Origin: Malacoraja senta
Taxonomy: Eukaryota
Reading direction: 5' to 3'
Assembly (NCBI GenBank): GCA_038087875.1
Contig: JAXLNO010004883.1
Span: 1 to 64,000, forward strand
Length of the DNA: 64,000 bases
Shown: in pieces, positions 47,586-59,300 of the stretch
Layout of the letters: every line of letters begins with the position of its first letter
Numbering within the stretch: the first letter of the stretch is position 1
Position numbers and translations under genes: made by a program
Notes under the pieces: generated by a model
Told to the model about the DNA's origin: nothing
What the model saw: the letters and a program-made list of their open reading frames with translations, nothing else
The model's database searches: none

Positions 47586-49324
47586 ACGATAATAAACCGA
47601 AACTTACCCCTGTGCCTATCTGTAGATTAGTGTCACTCATACTGTGGCTCCGCCCACAGGCTTGTTAGACAGCTCTCTCTCTCTCTGGTAGACTGGTAGT
47701 AAGCATGCTGAGAAGACAGCACCTTGTGTTTCCTCTGCAGAGCTACTAATAATAGACTATGGATTCTAACTACTATGTGTGAGTTTGATCATTCTTCCAA
47801 CACTATCTCTTGTGTTGTTACGTATCTGGAACTAAGTCGTAGCTGCGCTTAACTGTTGTAGCATAACTGTTTATGCTGAACAATTCATGAAAAAAGTCTA
47901 AAATGGATACAAAAAACAAGTGATTCCAGCATGTTGAAAGATAATTGGGACTGATACTTAATGGGTGGCACTGCGAAACAGTTGAGTGATGAGGGTTTGA
48001 TCACAATCTTGAAACAGAAAAACTTAAACTGAGGCAGGCGCCTCTACTTCATCAATTCAGTGCTGTTATGACACTGGGCCTTAACATGAGAAAATGAGAA
48101 ATTGGGTATTCCCTTAGGGCACAATCAGACTTTTCAGAGACTTGGAAGCTGCAAGATAGTCCCTGGAATGTGGTAGATCTCTGCGTGCTGTTCCAGAAGT
48201 GGCCGTATTGTACTTATGTACAGTATGACTTGACTGGAGAGAATGCAGAACAACCATTTCACTGCAGATAGACACAAAAAGCTGGAGTAACTCAGTGGGA
48301 CAGGCAGCATCTCTGGAGAGAAGGGACGGGGTGTACAGCATCTGCTGTTCCATCCAAACCATTTCACTGCATCTCTGCATGCATGAAACTAAACAGAGTT
48401 ATATAAAATGCAGCACATACTGCAGTACTCAAGTAGGTCAGGCTGTCCTGATTTTGCTGGTGGATAACTTTACTGTAATTAAAAAAACACAAAAACGTGC
48501 AGGTGTAACTCAATGGTTCAGGCAGCATCTGGAAGACATGGTTATGTAATGTTTCAGCTTGGGATCCTGCTTCATACTTCTTGCATCTGTTCTTTCTGAC
48601 TTCAACTTAACAGTTGAAATGACCAGTTCTTTTATCGACAGGGAATGCAACTCGTTGAATGTGGAATTGAGTTTGAAAGGCTGCAACATGTCCAGACAGA
48701 AGCCGAGTTGTTGGTCCTCAAGGACACTTTAACCCTTGTTATTCTAGTGTAAGAGGTGCAGATGGATGGATCATGGTGGGTGTTGAATGGAGAATTAGAG
48801 TGGCAGGAATTAGGAATCTTAGAAAGTTTCATGGATTGAATGCAGGTTCTCCAGAAAGCAGCCACTCAATTTGTTTCATTGATGCAATGTGGAAGATTAC
48901 ATCATGAAAACCAAATGCAGTAGATTTGACTGGAAGTCCAAGTGTTTCACGCTGTTTCACTTTGAAGAACTACCTGGGTCTATGGACAGTGGGAAGGGAA
49001 GAGGTAAATGGATAGATGTTGCATGCACCAAGATAGGAAAGTAGAGGAAAGTTGTGGGCATAGTAGACAGACCAGGGAGTGAAAAAGGGAATGACTATTT
49101 CAAGATATAGAATGGGGATCAGGGCAGGAGGGGAGGGAGAAATGGATTGACTAATTGAATCAGATTTAAACTGGGAGTAAGTATTCAACATGGAGGCTGG
49201 AGGAGTGGAATACATATCCCTGCCCTGTCCAATGAGAATATATAGAACATAGAACAGTACAAGAACAGGACTTTCAGCCTGCAATGTCCATGTGGAACAG
49301 GATACCAAGTTAAACTAAGGCAAC

Positions 49325-49615
49325 ACAGAGGCACAGTGATAGAGTGGCTGTCTTACAGCATTAGAGACCCGGGTTCGATCCTGACTAGAGTGCTGTCTCG
49401 TGACGGAGTTTGTACGTTCCCTGTGTCACCCTGTGGGTTTTCTCTGGTGGCTCCGGTTTCCTCCCAAATACAAAAGACGTGCAGGTTTGTAGGTTAATTG
49501 GCTTCTGTAAATTGTCCCTAGCTTGTTGGACAGAAATAGTGAATGGGCAATTGCAGGTCAGTGCGGACTCAGTGGTCCAAAGTTCCTGTTTCCATACTCT
49601 ATCTCTAAACTAAAC
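49325..49615 (+). mobile_element. V-SINE (HE1-like)
   Basis: CCGGGTTCGATCCTGAC B-box, V-domain, and tail tctctaaactaaacc. Confidence 0.82.
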
Positions 49616-49879
49616 CAAAACTCATCTCCACTGCCTGCATGTGAATCATATCCTTGTATTCCCTGCATAACCACAAGCCTGTCCAAAACCTTCTTAAGCA
49701 CCATTATCATGTCCTCCTCTACCACCACTCCTGGTAGCGCATTCTAGGTATCAAGCTCTCTCTGCAAAATAACACTTGACCTGCACAACTCGTGTAAATT
49801 TTGCCCTTCGAAGCTTAACGCTATGCTCTATAGAGATGTGTGAAAGAGATGCAATCCCATTAGGGGCTGTCAACTGTGG

Positions 49880-50215
49880 TCAAGAAAATCCATGGTTAAC
49901 TAATATGAAAGACATCAATTGCATTTTCTCCCTGTCAAGCTGGGATGTAATGCTGAGGTTCTATAAGGCACCAGTCAAGCCACATTTGGAACATTGTGAG
50001 CAATTTTGGGCACCATATCTGAGGAAGGATGTGCTGGCTCTATAGAGGGTCCAGAGGAGGTGTACAAGAATGATCCCAGGAATTAACGGGTTAACATATG
50101 ATGAGCATTTGATGGCAGTGGACATGTACTCGCTGTATTTTAGAAGAATAAGGGGGACCTCATTGAATCATACCAAATAGTGAAAAGCTTGGATAGAGTG
50201 GATTTGGAGGATCAA
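49880..50215 (+). mobile_element. CR1 LINE fragment, decayed
   Basis: FYKAPVKPHLEHCEQFWAPYLRKDVLAL. Confidence 0.75.
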
Positions 50216-50279
50216 TTCTGGGGTCATTAACCCCTCCCTTTACTCTCTTTCCCTTCAACTCCGTCATCGACTTTCCCAA

Positions 50280-50670
50280 TGGCCATGAGGGGGGGGAGGG
50301 GTCCAAGAGGATGGGGTCCGTTGGAGACGGGAAAAAGGATCATCAATGGGGGCGAGGACTCCTTCCCATGGAAGAACGGTGTGAGGCGGAGGCGAGGGAA
50401 GAAGAGTTCCAAATCGCGGTGGGCGCGGAACTCATTGAGGTGGGGATGGAGGGGGACAAAGGTGAGGCCTCTGCTGAGGACAGACCGTTCGGTATCTGAG
50501 AGGGGGGAGGTCAAGGGGGATGGTGAACACACGGCAGGGATGAGGGTTGGGGCCGGTGGAAGGCAGGTGAGTGGACTGAGGCGATGGTGGCCGATAAGGA
50601 AAAGGGGAGATGCAACGAGACCTGGGATGGTAGGGTTTGTAACAACGCCAATATGTCAAAAGTTTTATAC
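50280..50670 (-). mobile_element. Penelope-like element ORF N-terminal fragment
   Basis: LSDTERSVLSRGLTFVPLHPHLNEFRAHRDLELFFPRLRL resembles the LSxxExxxLSxGLxFxP motif preceding the PLE reverse transcriptase. Confidence 0.65.
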
Positions 50671-50714
50671 ACCTTGGTGGAGCGGGCCACGGCCCCCCTA
50701 GATCTCGAGGCCCT

Positions 50715-50880
50715 AAACTTAAGCTTGTCTGGTTCATAAGTAAAACCGGAGCGCCCGGAGAAAACCCACGCGGGTCAAGGGGAGAGAACGTGCAAACTCC
50801 GTACAGACAGCGCCCGTGGTCGGGATGGAACCGGGGTCTCTGGCGCCGTGAGGCGGCAACTCTACCGCTGCGCCATCGTG
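50715..50880 (-). mobile_element. V-SINE (HE1-like), head and V-domain
   Basis: Reverse complement: ggcgcagcggtagagttgccgcctcacggcgccagagaccccggttccatcccgacc...gagtttgcacgttctc. Confidence 0.85.
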
Positions 50881-51799
50881 ATGACCAGAGAGGGAGAGGT
50901 GAATACTTCTCTCCCTCTCTCCCTCGTCCCTCTCTTCCTCTCACCCTCACTCCCTCTCTTCCCTCTCTCCCTTCAAAACGTTCTCAAAACATTCTCAAAA
51001 GTTTCTCCAATCTTTCTCAAAACTCTCCCAAACTTTCTCTCACTCATTCCCTCTCCCTCCCCTCCCTTCAAAAGTTTCTCAAACGTTTCTCAAAACTCTC
51101 CCAAACTTTCTCTAACACTCATTCCCTCCTTCTCTCCCTCCTTCCCACCCCCTCCTTTTTCCTCTCCATCCCACCCTCAATGCACCAAAATAAACACCCC
51201 GGAACTAACATTCATCGTTCCGCCCTGCACCCGGACGCCTGAGACACGCCGTCCCGCTTTGCCAGCGCCGGTGCGCCGCCCTAAAGCGTTCCCCATCCCG
51301 CAGGGAGGCGCCTCGGTAATGCAGCTGTGAAGAGCAGGTAAAGATAAAATTGCTACCATGCTGCGGGGGGGGGGGCAGCAATGCAGCCAGTGATGCATGC
51401 ATTCCCTATAATGCAGTAGGGGGAGCATGCACAGGCGCTGGCAGGCGGTTCCCCACACTTTGTAACTCACACTATATCCACACTTAATGTGGCCCTGCCT
51501 TAATGTGGCCTTGCAGGCCGGGTTCTGTCTCATTTCCAAACCATTTGCCCCAAAAACTTCCCCAAAGTCACCAAACCGACCTTGCGGGACAACGGGGTGG
51601 ATGCGGGGAGCCCGGAGCGTCCGGAAAAGGCCCCTCGGCCCATTTCACTCCTGCTAGCCCACACTTGGCATTGTCTGCATTGGACCTTTCTGAATTTGTA
51701 GTCAGCAGGGCAGTTCTCTGCATATCGCCAACTTACCGAGTCCACTCCGCCTTGCAAACATGGCTGACCTATCTCCCCCTCTCTCTCCCCCTCTCTCTC

Positions 51800-52092
51800 C
51801 CCTAGGCATAAGCTCAGGGGCGACCGGGCCTTTGCGGTTGCAAGCCCCTAGACTGTGGAACAGCATCCCCCCTTCCCATCAGAACTGCCCCCTCCATCGA
51901 CTCTTCTAAGTCAAGACTAAAAACGTATCTATACTCCCAAGCCTTTCCTGACGTCCTCTGAGTGAGGGCTACATGTATATATGTATGTAGATTGTTTTGT
52001 TTGTGCTATTCTTATAACAAATGTAAAGCACTTTGGCCAACGAGATTTGTTTTTTAAATGTGCTACAGTATATAAATAAATGTGACTTGACG
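51800..52092 (+). mobile_element. L2 LINE 3' end
   Basis: RGDRAFAVASPRLWNSIP...KSRLKTYLYSQAF, then 3' UTR tgtaaagcactttg...aataaa. Confidence 0.8.
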
Positions 52093-52289
52093 ACTCTCTC
52101 CCCCACCCCCCTCTCTCCCTCTCTCACCCCCCTCTCTCTCCCCCTCTTCCCCCCTCTCACTCCCCCCGCTCTGCCTCTCTCTATCCCCCTCACCCCCTCT
52201 CTGCCTCTCTCCCCCTCTTCCTCTCCTCTCCTCTCTCTCTCTCCCTCTCTCCCCCTCTCAGCCCCTCTCTCTCTCCCTCTCCCTCCATC
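52093..52289. repeat. Homopyrimidine low-complexity tract
   Basis: Nearly pure C/T. Confidence 0.9.
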
Positions 52290-53075
52290 CCTAGTGAGAC
52301 CACACCTGGAGTATTGTGTGCAGTTTTGGCCTGTTGGCCTTCATAACAAGAGGAGTTGAGTATAGGAGCAAAGAGGTCCATCTGCAGTTGTACAGGGCCC
52401 TGGTGAGACCACACCTGGAGTATTGTGTGCAGTTTTGGCCTGTTGGCCTTCATAATAGGAGGAGTTGAGCATAGGAGTAAAGAGGTCCTTCTGCAGTTGT
52501 ACAGGGCCCTGGTGAGACCACACCTGGAGTATTGTGTGCAGTTTTGGTCCCCTAATTTGAGGAAGGACATTCTTGCTATCGAGGGAGCCCAGCGTAGGTT
52601 CACCAGGTTAATTCCCTGGATGGCGGGACTGTCATATGCTGAGAGAATGGAGCGGCTGGGCTTGTATACTCTGGAGTTTAGAAGGATGAGAGGGGATCTT
52701 TTTGACACATATAAGATTATTAAGGGTTTGGACACGCTAGAGGCAGGAAACATGTTCCCGATGTTGGGAGGAGTCCAGAACCAGGGGCCATAGTTTAAGA
52801 ATAAGTGGTCGGCCATTTAGAACGGAGGCGACGAGTAACTTTTTCTCAGAGAGTTGTGAGTCTGTGGAATTCTCTGCCTGAGAGGGCGGTGGAGGGCCGG
52901 TTCTCTGGATGTTTTTTCAAGAGAGAGTTAGATAGGGCTCTTAAAGATGGCGGAGTCAGGGGATATGGGGAGAAGGCAGGAACGGGGTACTGATTGTGGA
53001 TGATCAGCCATGATCACAGTGAATGGCGGTGCTGGCTCGAAGGGCCGAATGGCCTCCTCCTGCACCTGTTGCCTA
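52290..53075 (+). mobile_element. CR1 LINE 3' part with a 109-bp tandem amplification at its 5' edge
   Basis: gtgagaccacacctggagtattgtgtgcagttttgg occurs at 52294, 52403 and 52512. A standard CR1 3' end follows, the reverse complement of the one at 11600-11700. Confidence 0.9.
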
Positions 53076-53130
53076 TTGCCCAGTGAAGGTGATTTGACTC
53101 TTGTTGTTAGACAAAAATGCTGGAGAAACT

Positions 53131-53330
53131 NNNNNNNNNNNNNNNNNNNNNNNNNNNNNNNNNNNNNNNNNNNNNNNNNNNNNNNNNNNNNNNNNNNNNN
53201 NNNNNNNNNNNNNNNNNNNNNNNNNNNNNNNNNNNNNNNNNNNNNNNNNNNNNNNNNNNNNNNNNNNNNNNNNNNNNNNNNNNNNNNNNNNNNNNNNNNN
53301 NNNNNNNNNNNNNNNNNNNNNNNNNNNNNN
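53131..53330. other. Assembly gap (200 N)
   Basis: Round-number N run, so the true size and the adjacency are unverified. Confidence 1.
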
Positions 53331-56300
53331 CAAGGTCGCCTGAAATCCGTAAGGTCGCCACAAATCCGGCGAAGTAGCCATATGTCCGGCAAGGTCGCCA
53401 GAAATCCAGCAAGGTCGCAATATTACCGGCAAGGTCGCCATAAATCCGGCGAGATCGCCATATTTCCGGCAAGGTCCCCATAAATCCGGCGAGGTCGCCA
53501 TATTTCCGGCAAGGTCGCCATATTTCCGGCAAGTTCGCCACAAATTCGGCGAGGTCGCCATATTTCCGACAAGGTCGCCATAAATCCGGCAAGGTCGCCA
53601 TAAATCCGGCGAGGTCGCCATGTTTCCGGCAAAGTCGCCACAAATCCGGCAAGGTCGCCATAAATCCGGCAAGGTTGCCATATTTCCGGCAAGTTCGCCA
53701 TAAATCCGGCAAGGTCGCCATATTTCCGGCAAGGTCGCCGTAAATCAGGCAAGGTCGCAACAAATCCGGCGAGCACGCCATATTTCCGGCAAGGTCGCCA
53801 TAAAGCTGGCAAGGTCGCCAGAAATCCGGAGAGGTCGCCATATTTCCGGCAAGGTCGCCATAAATCCGGCAAGGTCGCCATAAATCCGGCGAGGTTGCCA
53901 TATGTCCGTCAAGGTCGCCATAAATCCGGCAAGGTAGCCACAAATCCGGTGAGGTTGTCATATTTCCGGCAAGGACGCCACAAATCCGGCCAGGCCGCCA
54001 TAATTCCGGCAAGGTCGCCATAAATCAGGCAAAGTCGCCACAAATCCGGCAAGGTCGCCATTTTTCCGGCAAGGTCGCCATAAATCCCGCAATGTCGCTA
54101 CAAATCCGGCAAGGTCGACATATTTCCAGCAAGGTCTCCATAAATACGGCAAGGTCGCCACAAATCCGGCAAGGTCGCCATATTTCCGGCGACGTCGTCA
54201 TAAATCCCGCAAGGTCGCCACAAATCCGGCAATTTCGACATATTTACAGCAAGGTCCCCATAAATCCGGCATGGTCGCCACGAATCCGGCAAGGTCGCCA
54301 TATTTCCGGCGAGATCGTCATAAATCCGGCAACGTCGCCACAAATCCGGCAAGGTCGCCATATTTCCGGCAAGGTCGCCAGAAATCCGGCAAGGTCGCCA
54401 CAAATCCGGCGAGGTAGCCATATTTCCGGCAAGGTCGCCATAAATCCGGCAAGGTCGCCACAAATACGGCTAGGTCGCCATATTTCCGGCAAGGTCTGCA
54501 TAAATTCGGCAAGGTCGCCAAAAATCAAGGTCGCCATATTTCCGGCAAGGTCGCCATAAATCCGACAATGTCGCCACAAATCCGGCGAGGTCCCCATATT
54601 TCCGGCAAGGTCGCCACAAATCCGGCACGGTCGCCATAAATCCGGCGAGGTCGCCATATTTCCGGCAAGGACGTCATAAATCCGGCAAGGTCGCCACAAA
54701 TCCGGCAAGGTCGGCATAAATCCAGCAAGGTCGCCACAAACCCGACAATGTCGCCATATTTCCGGCAAGGTCGCCATAAATCCGGCAAGGTCGCCACAAA
54801 TCCGGCAAGGTCGCCATATTTACGGCAAGGTCGTCATAAATCCGGCCAGGTCTCCACAAATCCCGCGAGGTCGCCATATTTCCGGCGAGGTCGCCATATT
54901 TCCGGCAAGGTCGCCACAAATCCGGCAAGGTCGACATAAACCCGGCGAGGTCGCCATATTTCCGGCGTCGCCACAAATCCTGCAAGGTCGCCATACATAC
55001 GGAGAGGTCGCCATATTTCAGGCAAGGTCGCCACAAATCGGGAAAGGTCGCCATAAATCCGGCAATGTCGCCAAAAATACGGCAAGGTCGCCATAATTCC
55101 GTCATAGTAGCCATAAATCCGGCAAGGTCGCAACAAATCCGGCGAGCACGCCATATTTCCGGCAAGGTCGCCATAAAGCTGGCAAGGTCGCCAGAAATCC
55201 GGAGAGGTCGCCATATTTCCGGCAAGGTCGCAATAAATCCGGCAAGGTCGCCATAAATCCGGCGAGGTCGCCATATGTCCGTCAAGGTCGCCATAAATCC
55301 GGCTAGGTAGCCACAAATCCGGTGAGGTTGTCATATTTCCGGCAAGGACGCCACAAATACGGCCAGGCCGCCATAATTCCGGCAAGGTCGCCATAAATCA
55401 GGCAAAGTCGCCACAAATCCGGCAAGGTCGCCATTTTTCCGGCAAGGTCGCCATAAATCCCGCAATGTCGCCACAAATCCGGCAAGGTCGACATATTTCC
55501 AGCAAGGTCTCCATAAATACGGCAAGGTCGCCACAAATCCGGCAAGGTCGCCATATTTCCGGCGACGTCGTCATAAATCCCGCAAGGTCGCCACAAATCC
55601 GGCAATTTCGACATATTTACAGCAAGGTCCCCATAAATCCGGCATGGTCGCCACGAATCCGGCAAGGTCGCCATATTTCCGGCGAGATCGTAATAAATCC
55701 GGCAACGTCGCCACAAATCCGGCAAGGTCGCCATATTTCCGGCAAGGTCGCCAGAAATCCGGCAAAGTCGCCACAAATCCGGCGAGGTAGCCATATTTCC
55801 GGCAAGGGCGCCATAAATCCGGCAAGGTCGCCACAAATACGGCTAGGTCGCCATATTACCGGCAAGGTCTGCATAAATTCGGCAAGGTCGCCAAAAATCA
55901 AGGTCGCCATATTTCCGGCAAGGTCGCCATAAGTCCGACAATGTCGCCACAAATCCGGCGAGGTCCCCATATTTCCGGCAAGGTCGCCACAAATCCGGCA
56001 CGGTCGCCATAAATCCGGCGAGGTCGCCATATTTCCGGTAAGGACGTCATAAATCCGGCAAGGTCGCCACAAATCCGGCAAGGTCGGCATAAATCCAGCA
56101 AGGTCGCCACAAATCCGGCAAGGTCGCCATATTTACGGCAAGGTCGTCATAAATCCGGCCAGGTCTCCACAAATCCCGCGAGGTCGCCATATTTCCGGCG
56201 AGGTCGCCATATTTCCGGCAAGGTCGCCACAAATCCGGCAAGGTCGACATAAACCCGGCGAGGTCGCCATATTTCCGGCGTCGCCACAAATCCTGCAAGG

Positions 56301-59300
56301 TCGCCATACATACGGAGAGGTCGCCATATTTCAGGCAAGGTCGCCACAAATCGGGAAAGGTCGCCATAAATCCGGCAATGTCGCCACAAATACGGCAAGG
56401 TCGCCATAATTCCGTCATAGTAGCCATAAATCCGGCAAGGTCGCCACAAACCCGGCATGGTCGCCATATTTCCGGCAAGGTCGCCATAAATCCGGCGGTG
56501 TTCCCACATTTCCGGCAAGGACGCCATAAATCCGGCGACGTCACCATATTTCCGGCAAGGTCGCCATATATCCGGCAAGGTCGCCATAAATCCGGCGAGG
56601 TCGCCATATTTGCGGCAAAGTCGCGACAAACCCGGCAAATTCGCCATAAATCCGGCAAGGTCGCCAGAAATCCAGCAAGGTCGCCATATTTCCGGCAAGG
56701 TCGCCATAAATCCGGCGAGGTCGCCATATTTCCGGCAAGGTCCCCAAAATTCCGGGAGATCGCCATATTTCCGGCAAGGTCGCCATATTTCCGGCAAGTT
56801 CGCCACAAATTCGGCGAGGTCGCCATATTTCCGGCAAAGTCGCCACAAATCCGGCAAGGTCGCCATAAATCCGGCAAGGTCGCCATATTTCCGGCAAGTT
56901 CGCCACAAATCCGGCAAGGTCGCCATATTTCCGGCAAGGTCGCCGTAAATCCGGCAAGGTCGCCACAAATCCGGCAAGGTCGACATATTTCCAGCAAGGT
57001 CTCCATAAATCCAGCAAGGTCGCCACAAATCCGGCGAGGTCGCCACATTTCCGGCAAGGTCGCCATAAATCCGGCGAGGTCGCCATATTTCCGGCAAGGT
57101 CGCCATATATACCGGCAAGGTCGCCATAAATCCGGCGAGGTCGCCATATTTCCGGCAAGGACGCCACAAATTCGGCAAGGTCGCCATAAATCCGGCAAGG
57201 TCGCCAGAAATCAGGAAAGGTCGGTTTATATTTCCGGCAAGGTCGCCATATACCCGGCAAGGTCGCCACAAACCCGGCAAGGTCGCCATATCTCCGGCAA
57301 TGTAGCCAGAAATCCTCAAGGTCGCCACAAATCCGGCGAGGTCGCCATATTTCCGGCATGGTCGCCGTAAATCCGGCAAGGTCGCAACAAATCCGGCGAG
57401 GACGCCATATTTCCGGCAAGGTCGCCATAAATCCGGCAAGGTCGCCAGATTTCCGGCAAGGTCGCCATAAATCCCGCAAGGTCGCCACAAATCCGGCAAG
57501 GTCGCCATATTTCCGGCAAGGTCGCCATAAATCCGGCGAGGTCGCCATATTTTCGGCAAGGTCCCCATAATTCCGGGAGGTCGCCATATTTCCGTCAAGT
57601 TCGCCACAAATTCGGCGAGGTCGCCATATTTCCGACAAGGTCGCCATAGATCCGGTAAGGTCGCCATAAATCAGGCGAGGTCGCCATATTTCCGGCAAAG
57701 TCGCCACAAATCCGGCAAGGTCGCCATAAATCCGGCAAGGTCGCCATATTTCAGGCAAGTTCGCCACAAATCCGGCAAGGTCGCCATATTTCCGGCAAGG
57801 TCGCCGTAAATCCGGCAAGGTCGCAACAAATCCGGCGAGGACGCCATATTTCCAGCAAGGTCGCCATAAATCCGGCAAGGTCGCCAGAAACCCGGAGAGA
57901 TCGCCATATTTCCGGCAAGGTCGCCATAAATCCGGCAAGGTCGCCATAAATCCGGCGAGGTCGCCACATGTCCGTCAAGGTCGCCATAAATCCGGCAAGG
58001 TAGCCACAAATCCGGCAAGGTCGCCATATTTCCGGCAAGGTCGCCACAAATCCGGCCAGGGCGCCATAATTCCGGCAAGGTCGCCATAAATCAGGCAAAG
58101 TCGCCACAAATCCGGCAAGGTCGCCATTTTTCCGGCAAGGGCGCCATAAATCCCGCAAGGTCGCCACAAATCCGGCAAGGTCGACATATTTCCAGCAAGG
58201 TCTCCATAAACCCAGCAAGGTCGCCACAAACCCGGCAAGGTCGCCATATCTCCGGCAAGGCAGCCAGAAATCCTCAAGGTCGCCACAAATCCGGCGAAGT
58301 AGCCATATTTCCGGCAAGGTCGCCAGAAATCCGGCAAGGTCGCCACAAATCCGGCGAGGTCGCCATATTTCCGGCATGGTCGGCATAAATCCGGCAAGGT
58401 CGCCACAAATCCGGCGAGGACGCCATATTTCCGGCAAGGTCGCCATAAATCCGGCAAGGTCGCCATATATCCGGCGAGGTCGCCATATTTCCGGCGTCGC
58501 CACAAATTCTGCCACGTCGCCATTAATCCGGAGAGATCGCCATATTTCAGGCAAGGTCGCCACAAAACCGGCAAGGTCGCCATAATTCGGGCAAGGTCGC
58601 CATAAATCCGGCATGGTCGCCATAAATGCGGCGAGGTCGCCACATTTCCGGCAAGGTCGTCCTAAATCCGGCGAGGCCGCCATAAATCCGGCGAGGGCGC
58701 CATATTTCCGGCGTCGCCACAAATCCTTCACGGTCGCCATAAATCCGGAGAGGTCGCCACATTTCCGGCAAGGTCGTCCTAAATCCGGCGAGGCCGCCAT
58801 AAATCCGGCGAGGTCGCCATATTTCCGGCAACGTCGCCACAAATCCGGCGAGGTAGCCATATTTCCGGCAAGGTCGCCACAAATACGGCTAGGTCGCCAT
58901 ATTTCCGGCAAGGTCGCCACAAATCCGGAAAGGTCGCTATAAATCCGGCAAGTTCGCCACAAAACCGTCAAGGTCGCCATAATTCGGGCAAAGTCGCCAT
59001 AAATCCGGCATGGTCGCCATAAATCCGGCGAGGTCGCCACATTTCCGGCAAGGTCGTCCTAAATCCGGCGAGGCCGCCATAAATCCGGCGAGGTCGCCAT
59101 ATTTCTGGGAAGGTCGTCAGAAATCCGGCAACGTCGCCATATTTCCGGCAAGGTCGCCATAAATCCGGCAAGGTCGCCACAAACCCGGCAATGTCGCCAT
59201 ATTTCCGACAAGGTCGCCATAAATCCGACAAGGTCGCCACAAATCCGGCAAGGTCGCGATATTTCCGACAAGGTCGCCATAAATCCTGGAACGTCGCCAC

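Noticed and set aside
47600-47790. GC box with candidate mini-exons on either strand
   Set aside because: The implied + strand intron is only about 42 nt, and the - strand peptide (MSDTNLQIGTG) has no supporting features.
48114-48233. MHC alpha1 exon (SSHTVHKYNTATSG…)
   Set aside because: Only a superficial resemblance: wrong phase, no downstream alpha1 motifs, and a stop after about 39 codons with no donor.
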